A stretch of DNA of 64,000 nt from Longimicrobiales bacterium (GCA_965249725.1 CBDFMQ010000002.1:544001-608000); one strand, 5' to 3'; shown: positions 29,366 to 40,278, counted from the first letter of the stretch. Translations and numbers: made by a program. Notes: generated by a model not told the origin, from the sequence alone.

Positions 29366-30764
29366 GAGATCACCTTCTTCAGGACGCGGCCGCCCGGACT
29401 CTCGAGCCTGGTCCGCTGAAAGGCATTGGCGGCTCGCTTGACCCCCTCTGCCATCGTCGGATAGGGAAAGACGGTGTCCGCGACCTTCGACAGTGAAAGG
29501 CCATGGGTCATCGCCAGCACGATGGGCTGGAGTAGCTCTCCGGCCCCGTGTCCGAGGATCGTCGCACCGAGAATGTGCCCCCTGGAATCGGCGGAGATCT
29601 TCACGAACCCCAGGGTCTGCGCGTCTGTGATGGCCCGGTCAAGGTCATCGAATGGGTAGGTGTAGGTATGAGCGCCCCGCGCGGAGGCCTCGTCCTCACT
29701 CAGGCCTACATGGGCGACCTCCGGGTCGGTGTAGGTTACCCACGGAACGGACCGGTAGTCGACGTGCGAGTTCAGGGGGAGCAACGCATTCCGGAGCGCC
29801 TTCTTCGCCATGTAGTCCGCCACCTGCGTGAACTGTAGACCTCCCGTGACGTCACCGGCTGCCCAGACTCTTCGGTTCGACGTACGGAGGGTGGAGTCCA
29901 CCCGAACGGCCCTGCCGTCACGCTCGATGCCCGCGCGGTCGAGGTCGAGCTCTTCCGTGTTGGGCTGCCTCCCTGTTGCCACGAGAATCTCGTCCACGGC
30001 GAAGCGGCGACCGGCTTCCGTGAGGAGCACCTTTCTCGGGCCTTCGACTTCGACCCCTACCACGCGGGCGCCGAGTTCGATGTCGATGCCCTCTCGTCTC
30101 AGGATCCCGAGAAGGGTGTCGGCTACGTCCGCGTCTTCACTGGGGAGAATGCGGTCGAGCATCTCCAGTACCACCACCTCGGATCCCAACCGATTGAAGA
30201 CCTGTGAGAACTCGAGGCCGATCGGCCCCCCCCGAGGATGCCCACCCGTAGTGGATGGGTGTCGAGATCGAAGATGGTCTCGTGCGTCTGGTAGCCGGCT
30301 TCCTCGAGACCCGGAATAGGGGGGATGGCAGGCCTGGCTCCCGTCGCCACGATGATCCGCTTCGACTTGAGCGTTCCGACCCCCTCGACATCGAGTGTGT
30401 CGGGCCCGACAAATCGGGCTGTCCCGAACTGGACATCGACGCCCATGGTGCGGAAGCGCTCCGGATCGTCGTGGTGGGCGACCGTCGCTCGAGCCTCCCG
30501 CATGCGAGCCATGACGTTGCTGAACACGTCGGTGGGGGGAGCGCCACGGAGTCCCAGCGACTCCGCGTTACGCATCGCGTGGGCGAGTCGGGCCGAGGCG
30601 AGCAGCGCCTTCGAGGGCACGCACCCCGTCCACAGACAGTCGCCACCGAGCGCGGCCTGTTCCACGAGCGCAGGGCGCGCACCGAGGTAGGCGGCCTCGG
30701 CGGCACTCACGAGCCCAGCGGTCCCGCCACCCACGGCGATGAGATCATGTTCCTGTACGGTCAT
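29353..30764 (-). pseudogene. MerA/LpdA-like pyridine nucleotide-disulfide oxidoreductase, frameshifted in a G8 run
   Basis: GGGTAG and GGDCLWTGCVPSK lie in one frame; ATGR.PN, AAGDV and YPTMAE lie in another. One extra G at 30226-30233 restores ILGGGPIGLEF. Confidence 0.85.
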
Positions 30765-31019
30765 GCGCTACCCATGAAGCCGTGTAACCGGGTTCCACCG
30801 GCTCTGATCGGCTCGGTGCACCAAGCCGTCAGCGTAGGGTCCGGTTCCCAAGCTGACACCTTGGCGGCCTGCGCGCGAACGTCGCGCAGTGACATTCCCG
30901 GGCCCGCATCCGCGCTTTACTTTGCACCTGTCACGCTGCCGAATGTCAAAGGACTTTCGCTTTCTCTTCGGGTGTTGTAGAATAGCTGCCGACCCCACTG
31001 TTTTTTCCGCGAGGATGGA

Positions 31020-32129
31020 ATGTCGACTGTAGAAGTCACACATGAAGTGAGCGACAAGAAGAAGAAGGCACTCTCGACGGCCATCACCCAGATCGAGCGC
31101 TCCTACGGGAAGGGCTCCATCATGCTGATGGGTGCGGACGGTATGCGAGTGGAGATCGAGTCGATCCCCACGGGCGCGATCAACCTGGACGCCGCCATCG
31201 GCATCGGCGGCATCCCAAGAGGGCGAATCACCGAGATCTACGGTCCGGAGTCGAGCGGAAAGACGACGCTCTGCCTCCACGTCATCGCCAACGCGCAGGC
31301 AGCCGGAGGGATCGCCGCCTTCGTGGATGCCGAGCACGCCCTCGACGTGGGGTATTCCAAGAAGCTCGGCGTCGATGTGGACAACCTCCTCGTGTCCCAG
31401 CCCGATACGGGTGAACAGGCTCTCGAGATCGCCGAGGTGCTGATCCGCAGCAACGCGGTGGACGTGGTCGTAGTGGACTCCGTGGCTGCCCTTGTGCCGA
31501 GAGCCGAGATCGAAGGGGAGATGGGGGACACGCACGTCGGTTTGCAGGCTCGACTGATGAGTCAGGCGCTTCGCAAATTGACCGGCGCCGTGGCCCGCTC
31601 CCAAACCTCCGTGATCTTCACGAACCAGATTCGTGAGAAGATCGGTGTGATGTTCGGGAGTCCCGAAACTACGTCGGGAGGCCGAGCCCTCAAGTTCTAC
31701 GCGTCCCTTCGCATGGACATCCGGCGCATCGGCGCGATCAAGGATGGGACCGACATCGTGGGCAATCGGACCCGTGTGAAGGTCGTGAAGAACAAGTGTG
31801 CTCCGCCCTTCAAGCAGGCCGAATTCGACATCCTATACAACGTCGGTATCAGCCACGAGAGCCTGCTCGTGGACATTGGCGTTGAGGAGAACATCATCGA
31901 GAAATCCGGATCCTGGTACTCGTACGGGGATCTCAGGCTCGGGCAGGGCAAGGAGAATACGAGAGAGTTCCTCCTCGAGAACCCGGATGTACTGGCGGAG
32001 GTAGACGCCCGCGTCCGTGTAGCCTTGGGCATGGTAGACGTCCCAGAGGAGGCCGAGGATGCAGCAGCGTCCGATGACGCGTCGGAAGAGACGGCTCCCA
32101 AGGCGGCGGCCGTGAACGGCGAGGGTTGA
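31020..32129 (+). CDS. recA: Recombinase A
   Basis: [45 protein letters not shown]. Confidence 0.99.
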   Translation: MSTVEVTHEVSDKKKKALSTAITQIERSYGKGSIMLMGADGMRVEIESIPTGAINLDAAIGIGGIPRGRITEIYGPESSGKTTLCLHVIANAQAAGGIAAFVDAEHALDVGYSKKLGVDVDNLLVSQPDTGEQALEIAEVLIRSNAVDVVVVDSVAALVPRAEIEGEMGDTHVGLQARLMSQALRKLTGAVARSQTSVIFTNQIREKIGVMFGSPETTSGGRALKFYASLRMDIRRIGAIKDGTDIVGNRTRVKVVKNKCAPPFKQAEFDILYNVGISHESLLVDIGVEENIIEKSGSWYSYGDLRLGQGKENTREFLLENPDVLAEVDARVRVALGMVDVPEEAEDAAASDDASEETAPKAAAVNGEG

Positions 32130-32157
32130 CGAGCCGGCGATTCTCTCGAACCATCGT

Positions 32158-32190
32158 GAAAAGCCCGGTCCTTCGACCGGGCTTTTTTCG
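32158..32190 (+). terminator. Rho-independent terminator after recA
   Basis: aaaagcccggtc cttc gaccgggc tttttt. Confidence 0.85.
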
Positions 32191-32236
32191 TTGAGCGCCG
32201 GCTCGATCTAGTCCGGTTTCAGGGCTCTACGCGTTG

Positions 32237-32265
32237 TTGGGTCGGGACTGTTAAGTCATTATAAT
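32237..32265 (+). promoter_or_regulatory. Sigma70 promoter of alaS
   Basis: TTGGGT-N17-TATAAT. Confidence 0.6.
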
Positions 32266-32318
32266 TGGCGCCCGTGGACCGCGACCCGCTGCACTGATTC
32301 AGCCAGCTTCTACTCATC

Positions 32319-34985
32319 ATGACCACAGCCGAAATCCGCTCGAGGTTCCTCGAGTTCTTCCGTGCCCGAGGGCACGAAATCCGGCCGAGCTCGCCGCTCG
32401 TCCCGGCCGACGACCCGACGTTGCTGTTCACCAACTCCGGCATGGTGCAATTCAAGGATGAGTTGCTGGGCGTCGTCGACGTTCCGATCAAGCGGGCGGT
32501 GACGTCTCAGAAATGCGTGAGAGCTGGCGGAAAACACAACGACCTCGAGGAGGTCGGAAAGACCACCCGGCATCACACGTTCTTCGAGATGTTAGGGAAT
32601 TTCTCGTTCGGGGACTACTTCAAGCGGGACGCCATCGCGTATGCCTGGGAGTTCTTGACCGAGGACCTCGGATTGGATCCGGACCGACTATACGTCTCGA
32701 TCCATGACTCCGACGACGAGGCCGACGACCTCTGGCAGGAGGTCACTCCGGTGCCCGCTGACCGGATCTTCCGGTTGGGCGACAAGGACAACTTCTGGCA
32801 GATGGCCGACACGGGTCCCTGTGGCCCGTGTTCGGAGCTGCACTACGATCTGCGGCCCGAGGGCAGCAGGGAAGCGGTGACCAAGGAGGAGTTCGAGGAC
32901 CTCTCGGATCAGGGGGTGTTCATCGAGCTCTGGAACCTGGTCTTCATGCAGTACAACAGGGACGAATCAGGGACGCTGAACCCTCTTCCCGCCCCATCGA
33001 TCGATACCGGAGCGGGCTTGGAGAGAATCGCCACGGTTCTTCAGGGCGTCGATTCCAACTACCACATCGACGCGTTCGCGCCCCTGCTGGAGGCCGTTGC
33101 GAGCGTCATCGGGCGCCCCTACGAGGCCGACGGGGACCAGGGAGTTTCCTACCGGGTGCTGGCGGATCACGCCCGCGCGGTGGCGTTCTTACTAGCCGAT
33201 GGCGTGTTTCCGTCGAGCGACGGCCGTGGATACGTGCTGCGCCGGATCCTTCGCCGTGCCGTACGCCACGCGTGGCTCTTGGGCCGTCGCGATCCGACCC
33301 TGGTCGCGGTGGTGGAGGCCGTGATCGACAGCATGTCCGATGTATACCCCCAACTCGAAGAGCAGCGCGATCATCTTCTCGGTACCACACGGTCCGAAGA
33401 GGAGCGCTTCCTGGCGACGATCGAGGGCGGCATGGATCGCTTCGATCAAGTGGCCCCTCGGGGAGCCGAGGCCGACGGCGGGCATGCGGTGGTGTCCGGC
33501 GCCGACGCGTTCAAACTCTACGACACGTTCGGCTTTCCCCTCGACTTGACCCAACTCATGGCCGAGGAACGGGGCTACACGGTGGACGTCGAGGCCTTCG
33601 AGACCGCCTTGGAGGAGCAGAGGCAGAGGAGCCGGGCGGATCGGGCCCAATCCGATAGCCGCCTCGCCGAGGGCGATCTTACGGAGGGTTGGCGAACCCT
33701 GTCGGAGGATGGACAGCGCTTCCTAGGCTACGACGAGTTGGATGTCGAAACCCAGGTTGTGGCCATCAGGACCACGGAGGACGGTGTAGCCCTTCAGTTG
33801 GCCGACAACCCGTTCTACGCCGAGGGCGGTGGTCAGGTATCCGACGTCGGCCGGGTGGATGGCGAGGGGTGGTCTCTGGAGGTGCGGGATGTCGCCCGTG
33901 TGGGAGATAGGGTGGCGGTCCTAGGCGAGCTGTCCCAGGGAGCTCTCGACGACGACAGCAAGGGCCCGTTGAAGGTCCGGGCCCAGGTCGGTGCGTCCTC
34001 TCGCCGGGACACTCAACGCAACCACACTGCCACTCATCTGCTCCATGCGGCCCTACGCGGCACGCTGGGCACGCACGTGGTCCAGCGCGGGTCTCTGGTC
34101 GCTCCCGACCGACTCCGGTTCGACTTCGCACACACGGCGCCCATGACGCAGGACGAGCGCGACCGGGTCGAGCGCATCGTGAACGACGGCGTGTGGACGG
34201 ATCACGACGTGACCACCGGCGATCGTCCCTACGAGGAGGCAGTGGCCGACGGGGCGATGGCACTGTTCGGTGAGAAGTACGCGGACGTCGTGCGGGTCGT
34301 CGAGATTCCAGGCGTCAGCATGGAATTGTGTGGCGGGACACACGTCCGTCACACCGGTGAGATCGGGCTCTTTAAGATCACGAGCGAGAGCGGTGTCGCG
34401 GCGGGTGTGAGGCGCATCGAGGCCGTGACGGGTCCCGGCGCCTTCGGTCACCTCGAAGAACGGGGTGAACGGCTTGACGAAGTTGCGGAGATTCTTGGGA
34501 GTCCGACCGGCAGCGTCGCGGCCAAGGCTCGGCAGCTGCTACAGGAGAAGCGGGAACTCGAGACGCTCCTAGACGAGCTCAGGAGCTCCGGCGGGGCGGG
34601 TGAGACGGTGGTCGTGGAGGAGGATGTTGCGGTCGACGGGTCGACCACGGCGTACAAGGCCGTACGACTCAGGGCGAGGAATGCCGACGACGTGAGGAAA
34701 TGGGGGGACGCATTCCTCACGGGAGCAGGGAGCGGTGTGGCGGTAGTGGCTGCCGAGCTGCCAGGGGACAAGTACACCCTATTCGCTTTCGCGACCGACG
34801 ACGTCATCGGCAAGGGCGTGCGGGCCGACGCCGTCGTCCGTGAGGTGGCCGTGGTCGTAGGGGGCAAGGGAGGCGGACGGCCGCACATGGCCCAGGCCGG
34901 AGTCGAAGACTCGGAGCGGATCGACGAGGCTCTCCGGATCGGCCGTGACGTAGTGGAGAAGCTTGGACGGGACTCCGGCGGTTGA
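32319..34985 (+). CDS. alaS: Alanine-tRNA ligase
   Basis: DPTLLFTNSGM, HHTFFEMLGNFSFGDYFK, IDTGAGLER, HTATHLL, ELCGGTH, GGKGGGR. Confidence 0.99.
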   Translation: MTTAEIRSRFLEFFRARGHEIRPSSPLVPADDPTLLFTNSGMVQFKDELLGVVDVPIKRAVTSQKCVRAGGKHNDLEEVGKTTRHHTFFEMLGNFSFGDYFKRDAIAYAWEFLTEDLGLDPDRLYVSIHDSDDEADDLWQEVTPVPADRIFRLGDKDNFWQMADTGPCGPCSELHYDLRPEGSREAVTKEEFEDLSDQGVFIELWNLVFMQYNRDESGTLNPLPAPSIDTGAGLERIATVLQGVDSNYHIDAFAPLLEAVASVIGRPYEADGDQGVSYRVLADHARAVAFLLADGVFPSSDGRGYVLRRILRRAVRHAWLLGRRDPTLVAVVEAVIDSMSDVYPQLEEQRDHLLGTTRSEEERFLATIEGGMDRFDQVAPRGAEADGGHAVVSGADAFKLYDTFGFPLDLTQLMAEERGYTVDVEAFETALEEQRQRSRADRAQSDSRLAEGDLTEGWRTLSEDGQRFLGYDELDVETQVVAIRTTEDGVALQLADNPFYAEGGGQVSDVGRVDGEGWSLEVRDVARVGDRVAVLGELSQGALDDDSKGPLKVRAQVGASSRRDTQRNHTATHLLHAALRGTLGTHVVQRGSLVAPDRLRFDFAHTAPMTQDERDRVERIVNDGVWTDHDVTTGDRPYEEAVADGAMALFGEKYADVVRVVEIPGVSMELCGGTHVRHTGEIGLFKITSESGVAAGVRRIEAVTGPGAFGHLEERGERLDEVAEILGSPTGSVAAKARQLLQEKRELETLLDELRSSGGAGETVVVEEDVAVDGSTTAYKAVRLRARNADDVRKWGDAFLTGAGSGVAVVAAELPGDKYTLFAFATDDVIGKGVRADAVVREVAVVVGGKGGGRPHMAQAGVEDSERIDEALRIGRDVVEKLGRDSGG

Positions 34986-35305
34986 TGCCCGATCCGGAGG
35001 CTTGGCTGGCCCGGCGGGAGCCCGCGCCGCCTCGAGAACTGGAACGCCGACTCGGTGTCGTCCTCCTAGAGGGGGAATCGGTCAGCGCGGCGTTGGGACA
35101 AGCCGCCATGGATCAGGTGAGTGAGGTCCTCGCTCGGCCTGGCCCGGAGCGCGAGGCGGCCTTTCATCTTCTGGCGGCGGATGCGTTGATCACCTATGCC
35201 TGCGAAGCCGCAGCCGACGAAGACGACGTGGAGGTGAGTCTCTCCGGCCTTCTCGGACGGCTCGGTCCAGACACAGCAAGCCTGCCGATTCCCAGGGGAT
35301 CGTGA
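34985..35305 (+). CDS. Small hypothetical protein coupled to alaS
   Basis: TGATG overlap with the alaS stop; helical AFHLLAADALITYACE motif; fills the gap before the next gene. Confidence 0.7.
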   Translation: MPDPEAWLARREPAPPRELERRLGVVLLEGESVSAALGQAAMDQVSEVLARPGPEREAAFHLLAADALITYACEAAADEDDVEVSLSGLLGRLGPDTASLPIPRGS

Positions 35306-35306
35306 G

Positions 35307-36125
35307 ATGGTTTCGCGCGAGGCGGTAAACACGACCGATTTCCACAGTCATCTCGTGCCGGGCGTGGACGACGGTGCACGCACCCTCGAGGAGTCGATGG
35401 AGGCGGTGGAGCGAATGGTGGGTGCGGGCATCGGTCGGATTTGCACCACGCCTCACCTGAACGCCAGCCTGACGCACGACGCGGTGAAGCTGGAGCGACA
35501 TCTCGAGCAGGTCGATGCCGCGTGGGACGAGGTCTCCGGCGCGGTGAGGCAGCGCTATCCCGCACTCGAGTTCCACCGAGGCTTCGAGGTCATGCTGGAC
35601 GTACCGGACCCGGACTTATCCGATCCGCGCCTCCGCTTGGCCGGCACCGCCTTCGTCCTGGTGGAGTGGCCTCGGCTGCAGATTCCTCCTCGGACCGAAC
35701 ACGTCATTCAGAGGATCTGCTCTGACGGATACCGACCGATCATTGCCCATCCGGAGCGATATCAGGGTATGGAGAACGATTTAGATCTCGCCGGTGCTTG
35801 GCGAATGGCCGGAGCGTACCTCCAGGTCAACCACGGCTCGTTCGCCGGACGTTATGGGCCTGAGGCCGGGGACGTAGCTCGCGCGTTGCTTTCCCGCGGA
35901 TGGGTGGACTACCTATCGAGTGACTTTCATGCCCGGCGTCATCTCGGCATCTACCTTAGAGATGCCTCGGCCTTCCTCCGGGAACACGGTGGTGCAGAAC
36001 AGCTCCAGTTGCTCACCTCGACCAACCCGGCGCGGGTGTTCCAGGACGAGGCACCGCTACCCGTAGCGGGGCTCAGGATCGAGCAACCGTTGTGGAGTCG
36101 CTTCAAGAGCATGTTCAAGGGGTGA
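35307..36125 (+). CDS. CpsB/CapC/YwqE-family PHP tyrosine phosphatase
   Basis: DFHSHLVPGVDDG, TPH, IIAHPERY, LQVN, SDFH. Confidence 0.9.
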   Translation: MVSREAVNTTDFHSHLVPGVDDGARTLEESMEAVERMVGAGIGRICTTPHLNASLTHDAVKLERHLEQVDAAWDEVSGAVRQRYPALEFHRGFEVMLDVPDPDLSDPRLRLAGTAFVLVEWPRLQIPPRTEHVIQRICSDGYRPIIAHPERYQGMENDLDLAGAWRMAGAYLQVNHGSFAGRYGPEAGDVARALLSRGWVDYLSSDFHARRHLGIYLRDASAFLREHGGAEQLQLLTSTNPARVFQDEAPLPVAGLRIEQPLWSRFKSMFKG

Positions 36126-36130
36126 GTCAC

Positions 36131-36715
36131 ATGTCGGACGAAACGCACGGATCAGGGGAGCTGCTCGAGCTCGCAGAGTTGGCCTATGTGTGCGCTCGCG
36201 AGTTGGCGGCAGAGATCGATGCGATGACATCCATGGTCGTAGAGACCCTGGCCGCCGACGGTGCGTTGTTCTTCTGCGGAAACGGCGGATCCGCCGCCGA
36301 CGCTCAGCATTTGGCGGCAGAGTATGTGATTCGGTTTCGCCGCGAACGGGGTCCGCTACGGGCCATGGCGCTGACGACCGACAGTTCGGTTCTCACTGCG
36401 GGTGGGAATGATCTCGGCTTCGAGGAAGTCTTCGCGCGGCAGGTGGAGGCCTTGGGGCGAACCGGAGACCTCCTCTTCGTTCACTCTACCAGCGGCGATT
36501 CTGAGAATCTGGTGCGGGCGGTGGCAGCGGCCCGCCGCGGAGGACTCAGGACGGTAGCGCTGCTCGCAAAGGGGGGAGGGCGCCTCAAGGAGGCTGTCGA
36601 CCTCGCAGTCATCGTACCCACCGACAGTACCGAGCGAGCCCAGGAACTCCACCTCGCGATTGGGCACGCGATCTGTGACCGGGTGGACCTGATCCTCGCC
36701 GGTGAAACCCGATGA
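36131..36715 (+). CDS. gmhA: Phosphoheptose isomerase (SIS domain)
   Basis: CGNGGSAADAQHLAAE, LTTD, ND, STSG, QELH. Confidence 0.92.
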   Translation: MSDETHGSGELLELAELAYVCARELAAEIDAMTSMVVETLAADGALFFCGNGGSAADAQHLAAEYVIRFRRERGPLRAMALTTDSSVLTAGGNDLGFEEVFARQVEALGRTGDLLFVHSTSGDSENLVRAVAAARRGGLRTVALLAKGGGRLKEAVDLAVIVPTDSTERAQELHLAIGHAICDRVDLILAGETR

Positions 36716-36764
36716 TCAGCCAGACGCGCCGGCCATCGACAACGTATACGCGGAGGGGATCCAC

Positions 36765-37526
36765 GTGTCACTCATCGATCTAACGGGGCGGACCGCCGTA
36801 GTAACAGGCGGTTCCCGTGGAGTTGGCGGCGCCACGGCTCGCCTGCTGGCCAAGGCGGGTGTCGATGTCGGTATCGCCTTTCGCTCGCGTGAAGAGGACG
36901 CTCGGGAAGTGGTGGACGAGCTTACCGGGCTGGGCGTGAAGGCCTGGGCGGAATCAGGGGACCTTTCCCGAGCGGAGGATGCGGCGCGGCTCTTCGAACG
37001 CGCCGACCGCGAGTTCGACGGCCTCGATTTCTTTGTCGGGAATGCCGGAATCTGGATCGCGGAGGACGTTGCGCTTGCCGACATGGACGAAGGTCAGTGG
37101 CGGAAGACTCTCGCGTGCAATCTCGATTCGATCTTCTATACCACCCGTGAAGCGGCTCAAAGGCTGAGGCCGGGCGGAGCCATCGTCTTGGTGAGTTCGA
37201 CCGCCGGGCAGCGAGGAGAGGCCTATCACGGAGACTATGCCGCCTCCAAGGGCCGCATGATCTCGCTCGTCAAGGGTCTCTGCGTCGAGATGGCCCCCAA
37301 GGGGGTCACGGTCAATGCGGTGGCGCCCGGTTGGATCGACACCGAGATGGTGCATCCTGTCATGGAGGCGGATGACCGAGCTGGGATCGAGAGCACCATC
37401 CCGCTGGGTCGGATCGCAACCGCCGAAGACATCGCCGGACCCATCGTCTTCTTATGCTCACCCTTGGCGCGCCACATCACCGGCGAGATTCTCAACGTCA
37501 ATGGGGGTGCGGTGTTGGTGGGATAG
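36765..37526 (+). CDS. Short-chain dehydrogenase/reductase (FabG-like)
   Basis: TGGSRGVG, NAG, YAASK, NAVAPG; GGAGG RBS before GTG 36765. Confidence 0.92.
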   Translation: MSLIDLTGRTAVVTGGSRGVGGATARLLAKAGVDVGIAFRSREEDAREVVDELTGLGVKAWAESGDLSRAEDAARLFERADREFDGLDFFVGNAGIWIAEDVALADMDEGQWRKTLACNLDSIFYTTREAAQRLRPGGAIVLVSSTAGQRGEAYHGDYAASKGRMISLVKGLCVEMAPKGVTVNAVAPGWIDTEMVHPVMEADDRAGIESTIPLGRIATAEDIAGPIVFLCSPLARHITGEILNVNGGAVLVG

Positions 37527-38878
37527 TGGACTTCTCCCCTACCGCTCCTGAGGCGGTCCTCTGGGTCGCCTCGACGTTGGAGGACGCCGGTTTCGAGACC
37601 TGGGTGGTGGGAGGCGCCATCCGTGATCTTCTCCTCGGGCATCCCGCCGGGGATTGGGACCTGGCGACCAGGGCGACACCCCAGGAGATCATGGCGACGT
37701 TCTCCCGCACCGTACCGATCGGGGTCGATCACGGTACGGTGGGAGTGCTCTCCAGCGCGGGGACGATGTACGAGGTCACGACCTTCCGGCGGGACATCGA
37801 GACGTCCGGTCGTCACGCCGTGGTGGAGTTCGCCGACAGCATCGAAGAGGACCTCGCGCGCCGGGACTTCACGGTCAACGCCATTGCGTGGCATCCGCTT
37901 CGCGGAGTGCTTCTGGATCCTGCAGACGGGGTCCAGGACCTTGAAGCCGGACTCCTCCGCACGGTGGGCGATCCGGCCCAACGGTTCGCCGAGGACTTTC
38001 TGCGCGTCTTGAGGGCTTTCCGCTTCTCGGGTCAGTTCGGGCTCTCCATCGAGGATGCCACGTGGCAGGCCTTATGCGATGCGGTTCCGCAGCTGCACGT
38101 GCTGTCCGCGGAAAGGGTGCTGGATGAGCTGCAGAAGGTGCTGTCGCAGGCCGATGAGCCCTCGATCGCCCTGGGGCTTTACGCCGAGTCGGGCGCCCTT
38201 GAGAAGCTGTACCCGGAGTTGGTCGAGGCTACGGTCGTCGGTGGGGCGTCGCTCGAGGACGCGCTCAGGGCGTGTGACCTTGTAGGCCGTAGCCGGTGGG
38301 TGGTGCGGCTCGTGACGCTCCTGTCACCGCTGGCATCAGGAGATGGGAGGGACACTCGTACGGTGCACTCTACGGTGGAGGGCCTCCTGGGCCGGCTCAG
38401 GTGCTCGAACGCAGACGCAAAGCGCGTGTCCCAGCTCGTCAGCAACAGAACGTTGGGGGTGCCGTCCAACGCACCAGCGGACATCCGGCGCTGGCTCCAT
38501 CGCACCAACCCGTTGCTCTTCCCGGATCTCGCCCGGATCTGGGTGGCCGAGGCGCGTGTGGGCATCGACCCGGGGGGTGACTCCGACGTCGAGCTTGCCA
38601 CGGCGGTCGCGGAGAGAATCGCCGAAAGGATGGCTGAGCGAATCGCCGAGATTCGAGCGGTCTTGCAGGCCAAGCCGCCGCTGTCTGTCGCGGATCTGGC
38701 GTTGAACGGTGAGCATCTCCAGGCCATGGGGCTCACTCCGGGTCCGTTCTTCGGCGAGGTGCTCCGGCGCTTACTGGATCACGTGCTGGAGTCCCCCGAG
38801 GCGAATACGCGCCCCGAGCTCGAAGCGCTCGTGCGTGAGATGGAGCATGCAGGACCGGCGATGGACCCCGATCGATGA
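37526..38878 (+). CDS. cca: Class II tRNA nucleotidyltransferase (CCA-adding)
   Basis: VGGAIRD, DWDLAT, EVTTFRRD..GRHA.VEF (full flexible loop), RRDFT, EDFLR; no HD domain seen. Confidence 0.88.
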   Translation: MDFSPTAPEAVLWVASTLEDAGFETWVVGGAIRDLLLGHPAGDWDLATRATPQEIMATFSRTVPIGVDHGTVGVLSSAGTMYEVTTFRRDIETSGRHAVVEFADSIEEDLARRDFTVNAIAWHPLRGVLLDPADGVQDLEAGLLRTVGDPAQRFAEDFLRVLRAFRFSGQFGLSIEDATWQALCDAVPQLHVLSAERVLDELQKVLSQADEPSIALGLYAESGALEKLYPELVEATVVGGASLEDALRACDLVGRSRWVVRLVTLLSPLASGDGRDTRTVHSTVEGLLGRLRCSNADAKRVSQLVSNRTLGVPSNAPADIRRWLHRTNPLLFPDLARIWVAEARVGIDPGGDSDVELATAVAERIAERMAERIAEIRAVLQAKPPLSVADLALNGEHLQAMGLTPGPFFGEVLRRLLDHVLESPEANTRPELEALVREMEHAGPAMDPDR

Positions 38879-40278
38879 GTGATCTCGACCTGTTTCCCCA
38901 GGGTGAGCCTTCCCGGGATTCGTCAGCCGACGGCGCCGAAACGACGGCGAGCCCGGATTCGCCTTTGGCAGCCCGCATGCGTCCGCGGACGCTGGATGAG
39001 TTCAGGGGCCAGGAGCACGTGCTGGGACCCGGTAAGGCCCTGCACTCCCAGATCGAGCAGGGTGACCCTGGGAGCATGATCCTGTGGGGTCCGCCCGGGA
39101 GCGGTAAAACGACTCTGGCTCGCTTGGTCGCTGACGGGACGGACGCCAAATTCGTGGCCTTCTCGGCCGTGACCGAGGGGGTGGCCCGGGTCCGTGAGGT
39201 GATCAAGGAGGCGAAGGAGCGGAGGAGGGCCACCAACCGCAGTACCATTCTCTTCTGCGACGAGATTCATCGGTTCAACAAAGCTCAGCAGGACGCGTTT
39301 CTGCCCCACGTGGAAAGCGGCACGATCGTACTGATCGGGGCCACGACCGAGAATCCGAGCTTCGAGATCGTGCGACCGCTGCTCTCTCGTGCTCCCGTGT
39401 TCGCTCTCAAGCCGCTCTCTCCCGAGGACGTTGCCGACATCATCCGTGCCGCCCTCGAGGATCAGGACCGAGGTCTGGGCCCGCTGGAGCTCGAGGTCGG
39501 TCAGGATGCAACAGACGCCATGGCACGCGCCGCCGATGGGGATGCCCGGAGGGGGCTCGGCATCCTGGAGACGGCAGCCAAACTCGCGGGGCCCCGAGGG
39601 GTAGTCGACCTGCCGACCGCCGAGGAGGCCGTACAGCACCGGTTCGCCGTGTACGACAAGTCGGGGGAGGAACACTTCAATCTCATCTCAGCGCTGCACA
39701 AGGCCGTGCGTGGAGGAAGCCCCGACGGCGCCCTCTACTGGCTGGCCCGCATGATCGAAGGCGGGGAGGACCCTCTCTACCTCGCGCGCCGGCTCGTCCG
39801 CATGGCGAGCGAAGACATCGGGCTGGCCGACCCCAAAGCTCTGGGCGTCGCCATTGCCGCCCGCGACGCATATCACTTCCTGGGCCCTCCCGAAGGAGAA
39901 CTCGCGCTGGCCGAGGCCGCGGTCTACCTGGCGTGCGCCCCGAAGTCCAATCGGACCTACATCGCCTGGAAGTCGGCGCGGAGGAGTGCTCAGGAGACTC
40001 CCTCCGCCCCGGTACCACTTCACATCCGGAACGCTCCGACCGACCTCATGAAGGAACTGGGGTACGGCGAGGGGTATCGGTACGACCCCGATGAACCGGA
40101 TGGCGTTGCTCCGCGGGAGTACCTTCCCGACGAGGTGGCCGGACAGAGCTTCTATTGGCCGGGATCGGCGGGCTTCGAGGAGAGTATCAAGGATCGGCTC
40201 GACCGCTGGAAGGCCCTCAAGGACGGGGCCGGCCGGCAGGATTCCGACACTCAGGAGTCATCATTCCCACCCAGTTGA
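38875..40278 (+). CDS. rarA: Replication-associated recombination protein A
   Basis: [49 protein letters not shown]. Confidence 0.96.
   Translation: MSDLDLFPQGEPSRDSSADGAETTASPDSPLAARMRPRTLDEFRGQEHVLGPGKALHSQIEQGDPGSMILWGPPGSGKTTLARLVADGTDAKFVAFSAVTEGVARVREVIKEAKERRRATNRSTILFCDEIHRFNKAQQDAFLPHVESGTIVLIGATTENPSFEIVRPLLSRAPVFALKPLSPEDVADIIRAALEDQDRGLGPLELEVGQDATDAMARAADGDARRGLGILETAAKLAGPRGVVDLPTAEEAVQHRFAVYDKSGEEHFNLISALHKAVRGGSPDGALYWLARMIEGGEDPLYLARRLVRMASEDIGLADPKALGVAIAARDAYHFLGPPEGELALAEAAVYLACAPKSNRTYIAWKSARRSAQETPSAPVPLHIRNAPTDLMKELGYGEGYRYDPDEPDGVAPREYLPDEVAGQSFYWPGSAGFEESIKDRLDRWKALKDGAGRQDSDTQESSFPPS

Noticed and set aside
29353..30764. True mercuric reductase merA
   Set aside because: No C-terminal vicinal Cys pair, no NmerA domain, and no mer operon.
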